Shown: positions 1-14,916 of the stretch, in pieces
Numbering within the stretch: position 1 is the stretch's first letter
How the letters are laid out: every line of letters begins with the position of its first letter
From: the human T2T-CHM13v2.0 reference genome, Homo sapiens
Assembly: GCF_009914755.1 (NCBI RefSeq)
Contig: NC_060931.1
DNA length: 64,000 nucleotides
Strand: one strand, 5' to 3'
Made by a program: the position numbers and the translations under genes
The notes under the pieces: generated by a model
Told to the model about the DNA's origin: nothing
What the model saw: only the letters and a program-made list of their open reading frames with translations
Databases searched by the model: none

Positions 1-99
1 TTTCTCCCCACAAAACAGTAAGTTAGAAAAAAACAAGCATTCCAGAAGTAAATTCTTTTCTGTTGCTATTATGATGAAGTTACTCCTTATACCCCTGAT

Positions 100-480
100 A
101 TCTGTTCTCTTCTACAGTAATAAAAGTTTCAGTGGAACATGTGGCTGCCCAACTAAAGACTGTTTTCCAGCCTCCCTTGCAGCTAATTGTGACCATGTCA
201 CTGGATTTGATCAACAGCATGAGTAGAAAGGATATAATTCTTGGTTGCACCCTGAAAAGGAGGATGCCCTCCCTTTTCTTCCCCATTTTATAACTGTAAT
301 ACTAACAATTTGGTGGTAGGAGCAGGGGTGGCCATCTCAAACTATGAGATAAAAGCTTCAAGTAAAGATGACAAAGCAACAAAATGGAACGATCCTAGGT
401 CCGCAACACCATGGAGGCACCATACTGTCCTGCATTGCTTACATTTGGACTGTTAAATCACAGATAAATCACTTGCGCTG
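100..480 (+). mobile_element. Old ERVL LTR (LTR33/LTR16-like)
   Basis: Motif ccagcctcccttgcagctaattgtgaccatgtcact typical of the LTR33/16 group. Confidence 0.55.
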
Positions 481-489
481 TTTGTGGTG

Positions 490-558
490 GCAGTGTTGGT
501 GTTGTTGTTGTCGTTGTTGTTTTTAGACAGGGTCTCACTCTGTCACCCAAGCTGGAGT
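490..558 (-). mobile_element. Short Alu 3' fragment with (GTT)n-type tail
   Basis: tttagacagggtctcactctgtcacccaagctggagt preceded by GTT repeats. Confidence 0.7.
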
Positions 559-1745
559 CTTGGCAAGACTTTTTTGGATAAGACTTCAAAAGCACAGTCA
601 ATCATAGCAAAAACAGACAATGGAGATTACATCAAGCTAAAAAGTTTCTGTGCAGCAAACAATCAACGTAATGAAGAGACAACCTACAGAATGGAAGAAA
701 ATATAAGGAAACTATACTTCTGACAAGAGGCTAATATCCAAAAACGCATAAGGAACTCCAACAATTCAATAGCAAAAAGACAACCCAATTAAAAAATGCC
801 CAAGAGCTTAACAATAATTTCTCAAAAGAAGACATACAAATAGCCAACAGGTATATGAAAAGAATGCGCAGTCATGAGGGAAATGCAAATCAAAACCACA
901 TGGATATCATTCCACCCCAGTTAGAATGGCCATTATCAAAAGGCAACAAGTGCTGGCAAAGGTGGAGCAAAAGGAACCCTTATATCTGTTTATGGGAATG
1001 TAAATTAATATGGCCATTACAGAAAAGAGTATGGAGGTTCCTCAAAAAGTTAAAAATAGAACTACCACATGATTCTGCAATCCTATTCTTAGGAATATAT
1101 CCAAAGGAACTGAAATCAGTATATTGAAGAGATATTTGCACTCTTATGTTTATCACAGCACTATTCACAATAGCCAAGGTATGGAATTAATCCAAGTGTC
1201 CATCAATGGATGAATGAACTTTAAGATGTGAGATACATATATATATATTATTTCACCATAAAAAAAGAATGAAATCCTGCCATCTGGTACAACATGGAAA
1301 AACCTGGAGGACATTAAGTAAAATAACCCAGGCACAGAAAGACAATATTGCACGACCACTCATATATAGAATCTAAATAGTTAAACTCATAAAAGTAGAG
1401 AGTAGAAGGGTAGTTACCAGAAGGTGGGGTAGTTAGTGGGGAGGAGAGGTTGGGGAGATGTTGCTCAAAGGATATATAATTATATTTAGGAGGAATACAT
1501 TTCAGGACATCTATTGTTCAGTAAGGTGAGTACAGTTAATGGTAAGATATTGTATTCTTGAAAAATGTAAACAGAGTGGATGTTATATGCTCTTACCACA
1601 AAAATGATAAATATGTTAGGTAATGCATTTATTAATTAGCTAGATTTAACCATTCCACAATGTACATGTACTTCAAAACATTATGTTGTATACAATAAAA
1701 CTCACAATGTTATCTGTTCACTCATAAAATAAATAAAAATAAAAA
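559..1745 (+). mobile_element. 5'-truncated L1MA (ORF2 end, 3'UTR, A-rich tail)
   Basis: ORF fragments 484-1127 contain L1 ORF2 C-terminal remnants ([18 protein letters not shown]); AATAAA and A tail at ~1727-1745. Confidence 0.9.
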
Positions 1746-2803
1746 TACTCAACCACTAATTCCCTCCCAAATCTTTAACATGTCACAGGAAAAAGATGAA
1801 TGATAATCTAAATTGGCTAATTCTGAATTACCTACTGTAACTGACATCAATGAGGGCTATATGTATGCAAGGTAAGTAAGACCAGTACTCTTGTTTTTTA
1901 TACTTTTATCAACATATATTGCACATAACATTCACCCAAACCAGTAATCTTTTTATACCTAATCAAAATAATGTAACTCAGACTAACTTTAGAATATAAG
2001 CAATTTAAAAACATGTTTTCATTCAAACTCATCTAACAACTATAATCTTAAGTTAAATTGCTTATGAGTTCACACATCTGGTACTCAAGAAACGTGTTTG
2101 GCCCAAGGTACTGATTGTTTCTGCGAGCAGTCTTAACCACTATATTCCTAAAAGAGTAAACCTGCTTGACATGTTTCATTCATTCATACCCAGCTTTAAT
2201 GTGAGCCCTTGAGTGAAACTAATTTCTCTTCAATGACGTCTTTTGCCTAGAATCAAAACACCTTTACTAACTCATTTTATATATCTCTACAAAAGATTTA
2301 ATATACTTTTCCAATGGACTATTTTACAAAGATCCCATTTATCATGTACTACCTCCATTAATATAAAAGAATAACCTTGACATATTTATCAAATCAGTAC
2401 CTTCAAGATGCAAAAGATGCATTTTCCTCAATATTAGATTTCATTAGCTCAGTCTCTCTGAAAACACTTCTAACCACAGGTTTAGCAACACAAACATCAG
2501 TCTTATAATAAATTTAAAAACGGAATGACCTCCACATCTATTCTTTTTATTGTTTCCAAAATATATATAAATAAATAAATAAATCCAAAGATTTCAGATT
2601 ATAAAATATCTGAATCCACAAATAATTTATAAAATGCTCCCATGTACATAGGAAAAAAAATAGTTACTACGTAGAAGAGAAAGGAAACGGCTCAACAGTA
2701 AATAATCAATTCCTCTTTGACCAGTTTGATAGCTTCAAAGTTATTTTAAGTGGTCTACACTTATGTTTAAGTCATATACAACTCCCAGATAATAATTCCA
2801 GGG

Positions 2804-2925
2804 TAGTGTTCCCCAAGCTTGCCTTGACTGACATGCTTAAAAATGAAGATCCCCACTCCGACTCAGACCTCCAAAATCAAACACTTCAGGTGATTCCCTT
2901 AATAGAGCAAGTCTGGAAAATACTG
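2804..2925. mobile_element. hAT-Charlie MITE remnant (MER5-like)
   Basis: Degenerate TIRs tagtgttcccca ... tggaaaatactg; internal caggtgattc. Confidence 0.4.
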
Positions 2926-3234
2926 ATATTTGGGTGTTTAAAGGTCAGCTGTTTACTCACTCCTCAAGTTTATTACCTTCTGAAAATGAAAACAGGGGAA
3001 AAGTTAGCAAAGAAATATCACCCTGAATGTCTCCTCACATTTAGTTTACCTCCTTACTAGATTAAGAAAAAGTATCTGCAGAACAAACATTGCACAGAAA
3101 ATGAACACCACTACCAGATCCTACTTTGTAACCTCTACGTGGTTCCATCAGAAAATGACTTCCAGTGGATTTTCTCTTTGCCCCACTAAGGCAGTTCAAT
3201 CATCCATCCACTCATCTACCCAGTCACTTACTAC

Positions 3235-4000
3235 CTGGCTCATTCATTCTTTCAACCAGTATTTACTAACGGTCTTCCACAAGCACTGTGTTAGGTACCA
3301 GGGAATCATAAAACAGTGAACAAGGCCAGTCCCAGTCCCTGATCTTATCAAGTTTTTACAGTCAACTATGGAGTGATAAGGGTCAATCTGAAAATCACAT
3401 AAACATACATAAGAGTTGTAATAAGTGCTATAAGAGAGATACACAGAGGTCAGGAAAGGTCTTTGAGGAAGAGGCTGAACTGAAAAATGAGGAGAACTTC
3501 TCTAGATAAAGAACTGTGGGTAGGCAAGGGTATTCCAGAGAGCAGCCATGTCACATGCCAAAGTCCCTGGGTCAGGAGTGGCCATGTTGTGATGGACAAC
3601 TGAAGGGAGGCTGGTGCAGATAAAGCACACAGGAAGTGGAAGAGCACAGTGGGACATGAATGGGAGGAGGCAATGTAAATCCCAGAGCAGTTAAGACCTC
3701 ACAGGCCCCGTAAGGATTTGCAGCAAATGAGAAGTAACTGAAATGTTCTAAAATTGAGGTGAATGATCCTATCTGCATTTTGAAATAATCATCTATCTGA
3801 AAGCCTGGATAGGACAAAAATGGATATAGGGAAACCACATTATTCTAGTGGTCCAGGGCAAGAGATGATAGTTGGAGTAGCATGATAGTGGAGATGGATT
3901 AAAATGGGCAGATTTATGTATATATTTTGGAAGTTAAACTGACAGGATCTGGAAATAGATGGACAATGGTGGGAGAAGGAAGGAGATAAGAAAGTGTCAA
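3235..4000 (-). mobile_element. L2 LINE
   Basis: Reverse L2 3' end cattcattc...caaccagtatttact followed by purine-rich L2 body. Confidence 0.75.
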
Positions 4001-5484
4001 GGGGCCGTGGTAGCCTGTCAAAGCACTGCTATTCTGTTGTTCTCTTGAATTACATGTCAAAATATTTAATACTAAAATTATGCTCATAATTCCATTCCTC
4101 AAACTTTTTTTTTGGCAAACAAGCAGATGTGCTCCCTGCCCTCAAGGAGTTACAATATACCAAGGAAGACTGCCCTTCAACAATTATTTCCAATGGATGA
4201 GCATTAAAAGGGACGATGGCCCTGAAGCATGACAGCATGAAGCAAGGCTGTCTATTCATCAGAAAATGATCAAGGAAGGCCTGCCCCACTCCACCCCCAC
4301 CCCCAAAAAATGGCATTTGAGGCAAGACCTCGGCATTTCAGGTAAAAGCAGTAACATATATGAAGGCCTAGGGGCAAAATAAAATGTAGCTGTTTAAGAA
4401 ACTAAAATAAGTTCAGTTTGGATAGAGTATATACAGAATTTATTACGTGAATTTTTAATTCAGTAAGCATTTATTTGCTATCAAGCAGCAATGCTAAGTA
4501 CAGAGGATATAAAGATGGCTAAGCATACAGTATAGTACCATTCAAAAACTCTCACTAAACAATACCTTACATTTCAACATACATTTATATGTGCACATAA
4601 AAGTATTTAAAATTGAATATTTATATTGTTTTAATTGTTTAATAACCACTCATATGTTACTTGTGTAATTATTAAAGTATACCAAAAGAGGGAAGAAAGC
4701 AGCATCAAAATGCTAGCAGTGGTTAATTCTATATGCTAGGAATGGAGACGATTACTATTTTCTTCTTTGAATTTTTGCTGGTTTCTAAAACAGAAAGATG
4801 GTATCTGCCCTAGGAAGTCACTATGATATACAGATAATACGGGGTAACACTAGTGTTAATTTCTATCCCATCACAATGAACAAACCACACTCTCACCCCA
4901 ATCTCTGCTGCTCTAAGTAGTACAAATAACACTGAGCAAGATTCTTTCCTGTTTATGCAGCAATCAATATATTTAACTGACTATAATGTTGTTTATGTAG
5001 CCAGTGCAGGCTATCTATATTTCTGGAAACTTCTGGAAAGTTCTGTCAAATATTCGCTACTTTTATTTTAAGAGGCACAGAATGGAAACATGTCTTCTCT
5101 TTGCTGTTCATCATGCCCTGCATGCATGGACCTTCACAAAACAGCTGAGGATACCTGCAGGACAGAAACGGAATGCTTCCAAATATGATGCCACAGCTAT
5201 CTTAGTTATAAGGTAGTATGCATGATTAAAATGTAAATTAAGGGGGAAACATTAATAAAAGTTGCATTAAATTCACATTTCCTGAATTGTGAGCCTCCTC
5301 TTCTTTTCCAGTAATGCTCTCCTACATTACTTCTACTCCATGTAGTCACTGGTCCCCAAAAAGGAGCATGGTAATGAGACTCAGGAGACCTGAGGTAGAT
5401 ATCTGTCTCTGTCTATAACCAGTTCCATGACTTTGAACAAGTCACTTCTGGCCTGTTTCCTCATGTGTGACAAGAAGGGGCTTA

Positions 5485-5732
5485 TTTGGGAGGCCAAGCA
5501 AGAGGGTCACTTCAGGTCAGGAGTTCGAGGCCAGCCTGAGCAACACAGCAAGACTTCCATCTCTAAAAATTTAAAAATTAGCAAGGCATGGTAGCATACA
5601 CCTGTAGTCCTATCTACTTGGGAGGCTGAGGTGGAAGGACTGCTTGAGCTAAGGAGTTTGAGACTGCAGTGAGCTATGACTGTGCCACCACACTACAGCC
5701 TAGGTGACCAAACAAGACCCTGTCTCCAAAAA
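5485..5732 (+). mobile_element. AluJ, 5'-truncated, next to a MIR fragment (~5365-5480)
   Basis: Alu dimer with J-type diagnostics (ttgagctaaggagtttgagactgcagtgagctatga); short A tail followed by G11. Confidence 0.85.
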
Positions 5733-8700
5733 GGGGGGGGGGGTAGATTTAATATCTAAGGTTCTTTCTAAGCCAGAATTCTTTATTTCTATAACTTTTT
5801 ATTGTCTTTTAACTGTTTCTTAAGAACTTTGGCAGATACTAAAACAAACACTGAGATCACTATTGACTAAGAAAAAGTGAGTTGCCTTTATGGTTTGAGA
5901 CTTTTTTAAGTATTGAAAATAAAAGAGAATTAACTTTTTTTAAACAACTGGTTAAAAGACCCAACAGTGAGGGAGCTGAAACCAGTGCCAATGATGTAAA
6001 AGAACATTTTAAATATAGATAAAGACCTGAACACCGTTGCTCTTTCACTTCTCATTTCCACAACCTGACTGCTGACCAGAGCATTGCTACCATCGCCTGC
6101 ACAACAAAGTCAGGGCAAGTGTTTTTCTGAGAGATTATAAAGGAGCATGTGGGAGATGTCTCAATCTGATATGTGCTGATCCTGCTCCAAGCCAAGGAAG
6201 CAAGAGCAATAAAAGCTACCCTGGAAACAAGGTACAAGTGGTTGCTATTTTCAGAGGCTCAAAAGAAAACGCTCAATTCAGTCCTGTTTTATCTGAATTG
6301 TGAGGGGCACCTATATTTCATAATAATAAAACACTGTTAAAAGCTTCTATCATGTAAATACTAAAGAAGCCATTCATACATGAAGAAATGAACACAACAT
6401 TTCTATGTTGTCATATCCAATAATTTTCTTAAAGTTTTATGGCATTCACATATTGGCAAAGTTAATGCACCTCCTTGTCTATGTAAATTGCCAAAGAATC
6501 ATTCAGATGATCCGGTCTTTTGTTCACACCTTAAATGTTTAAAACCACCACAGTAATAAGTACCTAGCCCCGACTTCCTCTGGGAAAATTTCATCTAAGC
6601 AATAACAATCAGGTACTAAAATCACCCCCAGCAAAAAGGGAATAATTTTTATCAGTTACCTCATTCTTCTTGTAACTATGGAAGTCACTGAGGTTCAAAA
6701 CACTGCTCCTGAGAAAATTATTGCTTAAAATTGTAAGTACACCCAGTTCATTGTTGAAGTGCTTAAACTGAGAATATTTTTTAAATAAGCTTTCAGAATC
6801 AAGTGAAACCATATTTGCCACCTGGCATACAGCACTTACAAGTGAGAGTTTCTTGGTGATGCTGACCTCAACCACATAACAACCCACACTGTAAATTTCT
6901 CTCCTTCCCGTAACAACTTGTGGCTTGATCATGCATTAATTCATCTAAAATTGTTCTTAAGCCTGCTTATATTTTAGCTTGTACAAAGTCACCAATCACT
7001 CATCCATGGCAACCAGGTGGATAAATCCACCACAAGTCATCCTAATTATAAAAACTATTTAAAAGTTGTGTGGGAGGTTTGAAGGTAAGAGGAAAATAAT
7101 AAGTTATAAAGCAGTATCTTATGTAAAATGTAACCTTTCAATCATCATAAGCCTACACAAAATCAAGATTTTATTTATAAAGAGGAAACCATCAAACTAT
7201 GAATATCAGAGAACACAAGAGTAGGGATCCAAGCAAATCTGACACACAATTCCTGAATCAGTCAGTATATGTGTACCTACCATGCACCATGGAATTGTGC
7301 TAAGAGATAAATATGTGTTATAGAACAAGGTCAGCATGGTCCTTTCTCCACGTAGAGTTTGCATTTTCATTCTTTCAACATTAAGTGCCTACTTTGTGCT
7401 AGACACTATGTTAAGACACCAGATTGACCAAGCCATACTTCCTCCCCAGAGGGACCTGTGACAAGGTCACAAGAAACAAGTATATGACCATAAATAATCC
7501 AGCTATCATCCTCCACGGATCTTTCTAGCAGCCCCTGGTACCAATAACCTGGCTCGGCAAACAGAGCCTAAGCATGTGAAAAATCAGGAGACATTTGGAT
7601 ACATGTGGTCTAATACAAGGATAAAAAAGAAAAACTGATGAATTACAACAATTTTGGTTCCACTGGAAGCAGATCCTGGCAAGTAATCTATAGAAAGCAA
7701 TTTAAAAAATTTTTTCAGGACTATCTTGCTCCTTTCACATTATAAGTAAACAATATTTTATAAACAGACACTTAGTACTCTTTAGAACATGAATACCAGT
7801 ATCAAATTCTTTATCTTTAGTCTTGTCTGACCTAGTAGTTCTCACTTGAAAATTCTCAGGAAAGACCAAAATGGCACATACACAAAAAAAGAAATAAGAA
7901 AGAAAGAGGAAAACCAGCCAAAAATAATAAAGGAGGAGAAATGTAATTATGTAAGGCATAAAGTTAGTCATTTTTTGGCAAAGATACCCAATAAAAAAGT
8001 CAACACTGATACAATGATGAAGCTAAGCCCTATAAAATTGCTTCTTTCATGGAGATAATTGTGACTTTCTGTTGGTAAACTGATAAGCATCTGGATACTA
8101 AGAGAAGAGAGGTTAAAACTGATGTATTCAATCTTAAGTCAGCAATATGTAAAAACAAATGAATTTGAAGGTCATGCTCTAGTACAACTGATGTAGAGAG
8201 AAAATACAACCAGGAAACAACTAGGATACAGAAATTCATAAAGGCTTCCTGATTTTTGGTAAGGACTCCTTCAACTTGCAAACATCATGCATTTATGCAC
8301 ACCCTTCCCTCTGATTCAGTGGAAAAGCAGGCCCCATCCTATCCAAGGTGCTCTTCAGAAGCAGCATCAGCAAAGAGGGAAAGTCAGTGAAAACCTGGTG
8401 GGCTTTGAATCCAAGACCTCAGTTCAAATCGTGATTCAACAGTGTGGAAATTACTTTATCTCAGTAAGCAAAATTTTTCATCTGTGAAACCTTGCAGGGT
8501 TTCCAGAGGTTCAAAATGTTCATATGTGTTTGTTTTCTTTTGTTTACATAAGCATTTGTGTAAAGAAAATGACTAGATCATCAAATAAAGGATATTTCTT
8601 CAGATAAAGCACTAGCTATGTCTAAGGAAGAGGACTAGTAATAACAAATCAAAAAAGGATAACAGAATTAAGGATGTCCATTACAGACAATAAACCAATA

Positions 8701-9267
8701 AAGCCCATCTTCTAGGTGATAAGACACCTAATACATAATCATTTTGTTCTGCTTTGAACCTCATGCTGTTCTAAGATTTGACCAGTTAGGGGCAATCATA
8801 TGTACTGATATTAACCAGTTAACAAGAATGTATTCAGCACTGTCTTAGGTGTCTTGAGATTTTTTTAAAAGCAAAATAAAAGGAAATATAAGACTTAGTG
8901 CCAGAATTGGACCACAGGGATAGATTATATAATATTCATTGAGGAAAGAATAAAAAGGAAGAAAACTGGAATTACAGGAAAAAAATTCATGATGAGAAAG
9001 GCTAAAAAGAAAAAAAAAGGAATTAGAATGTAGGTGGTGGGTTTAAAAATGTTCATTATAAAATTCTTAGAATGTTTCTGTATGTTTAAAATTTTTCCTC
9101 AAAACTTTGGAAATAAAAGAATAAATTACATCTGTTAAGTCACTCAGATAAAAGAAAAATATAATTAGAATGAAGATGCATACAGCCCATCTGAGATAGC
9201 AAGAATGCTGGCCAGATCAGCGAACAGGACCTATATTAAGACAAGTGAGACATAAGACTGAATATTA

Positions 9268-9673
<406 letters not shown>

Positions 9674-11719
9674 TTAACAATAATCTAGGACTCTCTAAGA
9701 ACTGGCTCAGGCCATCCTAATCCTATAAATTATCCTTATCCTGTAACTCCAAATAGACACCATTTAACAGCATTTACAACCAAGGCCTAATCTCAAATTT
9801 CAGTTATTAAAATGAAATAAATTCTGCAAAAAGTTTACCATAAAAATTAATAAGACAGTGAATAGCTTTTTACAGGAGAAAAATCCTATTAAATGATAAC
9901 CATTAGCACGGAGAAGCTTGGTAAGCTTTAAACCCTAATAACCACAAAATTTGGATTTCAACACTGTACTTTATTTTTTTCCAATTTAATAGAAAAGCAT
10001 AACTGCTATCATTAAGTAGAAGCTAAAGGCAACGTGAATTTTAAGCTAACAATGTGAGGACTTAAATATGTATATAAATGAAACAGACCAGCTACTTATC
10101 CATAACCCAAGCAAAGCAATTAGAGGATACTTTTCACCATAAGTCCATTTTTTCTTGAAGTAATAATACAGTGGGTTAGTAAAAGGATATATTACCAGCA
10201 TCAGGAATACTTACTGAATAGCTAAGAAGAAAATACTGCATTATTTGGCATTTGGGCTGTGTTCAAAATTGGCTTTAAAAAAATTAAGAAGGCCTATAAA
10301 TGGAAAAAGCACTCTTTTTAGAAAAAAAAAATCTCAAGAACCTTTCAAAAATCAAAACTTAGAAGAAGTGAGATAGGGGAAATAAGAAAAAGGTAGTAAC
10401 ACTCAGAACCTAAAAAAAGAAGGGTACAAAATATTAGAAAGTGGGCATTAGGCAATAACATGAGTAATGGAAAAGTATCACTAGAAACCATGTGACAGCC
10501 AGTTTCCAAAGCACGGTCATCCAAGTACCAAGCTTTGCTGTTCCTTATCTACTTTGCTACCTCACATTTTTTCCTACTATCTGACACTGCTTCATATTCA
10601 CTTCTCTTACACTGCAGCCCTACTTCGGTCTTATTTTAGAATGGTACAAGGGTCTTATTAGGGCTCAACAATAAGCGGAATTGAAAAACTTTTTTAAAGA
10701 ACATGGTTTCTGGGTCTCATGAAAATCCTATCCTGATCCCTACTCTTCATGCCTCAAATATATTGCTATCTATACTAGAATGCAAATGCCTTTACTAGAA
10801 TGCCATATCAACTCAAGTCATACTTACAACATGGCTTTTCCTTTGATCAGGGTTGGGAGTAAGGAGTAGGAAGGCTTCTCAAAAGAATCAGGCCACTAGA
10901 CCCCAAGGGACAAAAATGGAAAGAGAAAGTCACAAAAAAGTAGGACTGAAAAATACAATTTAACCAGCAAACTTATAGCTAGCCCAGGGACTATTACTAC
11001 TCTTTACAAAATGATAAATACAAAAAAATTAGAAACACAGGCTCCCCCATCAGGAAAGCACATTAAGGCTCCAATTAGTCTGTCAAAAATAAAATCTATT
11101 CAGACTATGGCTTGAAGATTTGGAAAGGTGCCCACAGCCCATGTATGGCAGCTGCAAGTCCATGGGGAGTTCAAACAGCAACAGTGCAGAGTCAGTACTG
11201 AAGATGCAAGCCAGAGGAAAAGATTTATGCAATTTAAGGTGAAAGCAACAGAAATAAACTCCCTTGGAATGAGTGCTTATGGTCCTTTTAGCTTATAAGT
11301 GCAAGTGTACCCACAAACATGCATGCACACTTGCTGAAATGGCAACAAAGGCCAAGTTAGCAGCATATGTTAAAAAAGAAAAAGTAAAAATAAATATATA
11401 AATAAATAGAACAGCCAAGAGGCCAGAGTATAAAGCAGCTCATCCTGAGTGGCCTGGAGATAAAAGCAGATGGAGCACAGCATTACCCAGACTCAAGTGT
11501 CTGTTGCACAAAAAGTCCAGGTATTATAACGAGCCTGTGGTATTACAGCAAATGGAACTGCGATCTCATTTAGATTATTCTCCACTCTTATATGCCTTGT
11601 TTTGATTTCTGCATACTTGCCTATAAATTGGAAGACACTGTTTTAAGATACCTGTGAAATTTCATCAACTGTGGCTAGAGTTGAAATCTTAACTTCAACC
11701 TTAAGAGAAACACTGAATC

Positions 11720-11839
11720 AGAACTACAAAGCTGACCCGCTCCTAAATTTCTGATGATCCATGGAAACTGTGTGAGATAATAAATGTGTTAAGCCACTGA
11801 TTTGGGTGGTTATTTGTTTTGCAGAAATGACTAATACAA
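11720..11839 (+). mobile_element. MLT1 (MaLR) LTR 3' fragment
   Basis: aactgtgtgagataataaatgtgttaagccact...gactaataca. Confidence 0.65.
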
Positions 11840-12900
11840 TACAAAATGCACAAAAAGACCCAAGGGCGCAAAGAAACTTGGTATTTGATAAAGTCGACAT
11901 TCATATTGGGAAGAGAAGTTGAATTAACAAGTTATGTTGAAACAATTAGCTACAATTTGGAAGGAGAATAAAATCAAAGCTAGATATTTATTAAATTCAT
12001 TATAAGAAAATAAATTCCAGATAAGCCAAACATTATATGTAATAAATAGAAATATAAAAATAACAAGAGAAAATAAAGGCAACAGTCTTTTAAGGGTAGA
12101 AAGAGGTCTTTCTGAACATTTTACAAAATCCAGAAAACATGAAAGATAAATACTGATAGATTTCACTACATAAAAATCAAAACATACCATAAATAATGTT
12201 AAAAGACAATCAGCAGGACATAAAAAATTATAATATCAGTATCTCTAAAATTACACAATTCTTATAAAGTATAAGAAAAAAGACAATAATTTTGAGAGAA
12301 AGGTATTTCACTGAAACAAAATATGGACAGTATATAAAGACATAAAAAGATGTACAAACACACTAATAATAAAATCAATATAAATAAAAACAAAGTACTA
12401 CTTTAGTCTATCAAACTGACAAATTTAATATGGTAATATGTACCAAAATGTTACATGAATATACCTTCTGATGCAGAAACACCACTCCAGGAATTTATTT
12501 TATGGATGCAAAGATATGATCAACGATATTCAACATACCATTTTTATTGCAGTGAAAAAATGAAAACAACCAAATGTTCACAAATATGTAAATAAATTAT
12601 GACATGCATACAGTAGAGTAATCTGCAATCATTAAAAAGAACAATATATCGTTATATTGCTTGAGATTCTCCTCCAAAAAAGTTGGAAAATTGCATTTTT
12701 AATATGAACCCATTTATGTGAAATTTTATACACACACAGCATCATCCTCATCGTCATCCTTATCATCATCATCATAGAAAGAGGTCAAATAATAAAGAAT
12801 ATGAACCAAAATGATGACAGTATTTATTTGCAATGAAAGGAATTTCACTTTATGCTTTATATTTTTCCATATTACTTAAATCTTCAGTAATAGGTATTTA
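11840..12900 (+). mobile_element. Ancient L1ME 3' region with a (CAT)n microsatellite at ~12740-12775
   Basis: A-rich degenerate L1 ORF2 end / 3'UTR motifs. Confidence 0.6.
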
Positions 12901-12933
12901 GTATCTTTATATACTAAAACAAAATTAATATTA

Positions 12934-13533
12934 CAGTCTTTTCTGCTACAATAGCTATTTCTTAATGTAAATTAGCTCATATATAGGAAAATGACGTCAG
13001 TCTTATGTGAAAGCTATGCTGGTTCATACACAATTTTCCCCAGTACATGAAGGTTTTGATTCAACCAAGAGCAAGTCTTCTCCCAATTAAAGTGAAAGTC
13101 TCATTTGGTGGCTTCAAGACTTTCCACTGTTAAAGGAGGCTGAGCATACCAACGAAGAAATGCAAAGATATTTTCCCCTGTGTTTAAAATAGAATAAAAT
13201 CAACAGATCAATATCCTAGAGCAGATTTTCAACTTTGATGAAATTGGTCTGTATTAGAAGTAGATGACTTTAAGGACCTACAACAAAGGAAGAAAACCAG
13301 GGTTTCAAGCTAAGACTGATGTGATGCTGGGTGCAAATGCAAGGAGGGAGTTAATAGTGCTCGTTTTTATGACAACTTCTATTTTCTCAGCTCTGTTTAC
13401 AAAATGTCACTGGTTTCAAATGATCTGTTCCTAGCCCTATTTTCTTTATAAGCCCTAAAATTTTATGGTTTAATTTTGCAGAATTAAAGATTTTTCAGGA
13501 ATGCATGTATGTCATTAATAGGAGAAATGCCTC
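12934..13533 (+). mobile_element. Internally deleted Tigger (TcMar/pogo) DNA transposon with transposase relic
   Basis: TA-flanked degenerate TIRs (cagtcttttctgcta / taggagaaatgcctc). From ~13216 translates LEQIFNFDEIGLY*K, then PGFQA...VMLGANA, matching the pogo DDE motifs QIFNxDETGL and LLGANA. Confidence 0.75.
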
Positions 13534-14039
13534 TACTATTCTGAGTAAAATGCAGTAAGGTAGAGAAATGTTCCATATCAAAAAGAAACAAAAAACAAAA
13601 AAAGGAAGCAAAAAGGAGAAATGAAGGAAGGGAGGGAAGGAAAGAAAGAGGGGGAAAAAGAGGAAGAGGAAAGAAAAAAACTGCACACTTCACTTTGTTT
13701 TAGTGAGAGTGTCTAACGAAAGATATTAAATGCAGGGCAAAACAATCTCATTAATATTCTTGATTTATACCACACATTTTGATTCTATATGAGATATATC
13801 TAAAGAAATGGTCTTTGCCCCATCGGACACTTAAAATCTAAACAAGGGAGTGAATTAAACAGTCATCAACTATGGTGGGGCAGGAAAAGGGACTAATCCA
13901 ATTAACTTTAGGACACAGTTATTTAATTATACCCAACCCAAGGGTATAGAGTCAAATACTATAGGCGGTATTTGGGCTGGGAAGTTGGGGGGTGGGGAAT
14001 GCAAACAGTGAGAGAAACAATTGTGAAACTACTTAAGAT

Positions 14040-14450
14040 ACATTGTAGGACTCAGCAAATGAGTTGGGAGAACAGTGGTGACTGTGGGAAAAGGGAGATA
14101 AAAATACACAGTGGGAATCAGGGAAGAATGCTGTGGGGCCCTGGAAGCAAAACCATATAGAAGTAGCAATGAGTATATGTAGTACTCAATTCTTAGGGTC
14201 TAATACCATTCCCTACTCCAAAGAATCAGCAATCTTCAGAGTAAAGGTTGATTCTGGGGCTGTGGTGGGGAAGGTTTAAGATGAGCCTGAAACATTTTCT
14301 TTGGCCACTAAGAAGTGCTTAGAAAAAAGATGGAAGTACATCAAAAGGAGACGGGAGCTTGCCTGGTGATCCCACTGGCTAAATATGAAAAAAATTTGAT
14401 TACTTATTAAATAAAGTCAGTAATGAGTTTAAACTACTGGAAAAACAGCT
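14040..14450 (+). mobile_element. Old L1MC/MD 3'UTR fragment
   Basis: taataccattcc...ggttgattctggggctg...aagatgagcctgaaacat motifs. Confidence 0.5.
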
Positions 14451-14599
14451 TTGAATGTGCTAATTTTCTGAATCTGAGCAATACTTTAAAATATGGGTTT
14501 TAGCTTCAAAAGGTAAATCAGGTAATTTCATTTTATTTAAGTAATACCATGAAAATAATGTTACAAACTACTAAGTTAAATACAATATGAAATATTGGT

Positions 14600-14916
14600 G
14601 GTGGGTTGTTTTTTGTTGTTTTTTGGGGTTTTTTTGAAACAAGGTCTCCCTCTGTTGCCCACGCTGGAGTGCAGTGGCATGATCACGGCTCACTGCAGCC
14701 TCAATTCCCAGGCTCAAGTGATCCTCCCACTTCTGCCTCCCAATAGCTAGGACCACAGATGCACACCACCAGGCCTGGCTAATTTTTTATATTTTTTGTA
14801 GAGATGGAGTTTCACCATGTTGCCCAGGCTGGTCACAAACTCCTGAATTCAAGTGGTCCACCAGCCTCAGCCTCCGGAAGTGCTGGGATTACAGGTGTGA
14901 GCTACTGTGCTCCGCC
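14600..14916 (-). mobile_element. AluJ
   Basis: Full reverse Alu dimer with degenerate T tail. Confidence 0.9.
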
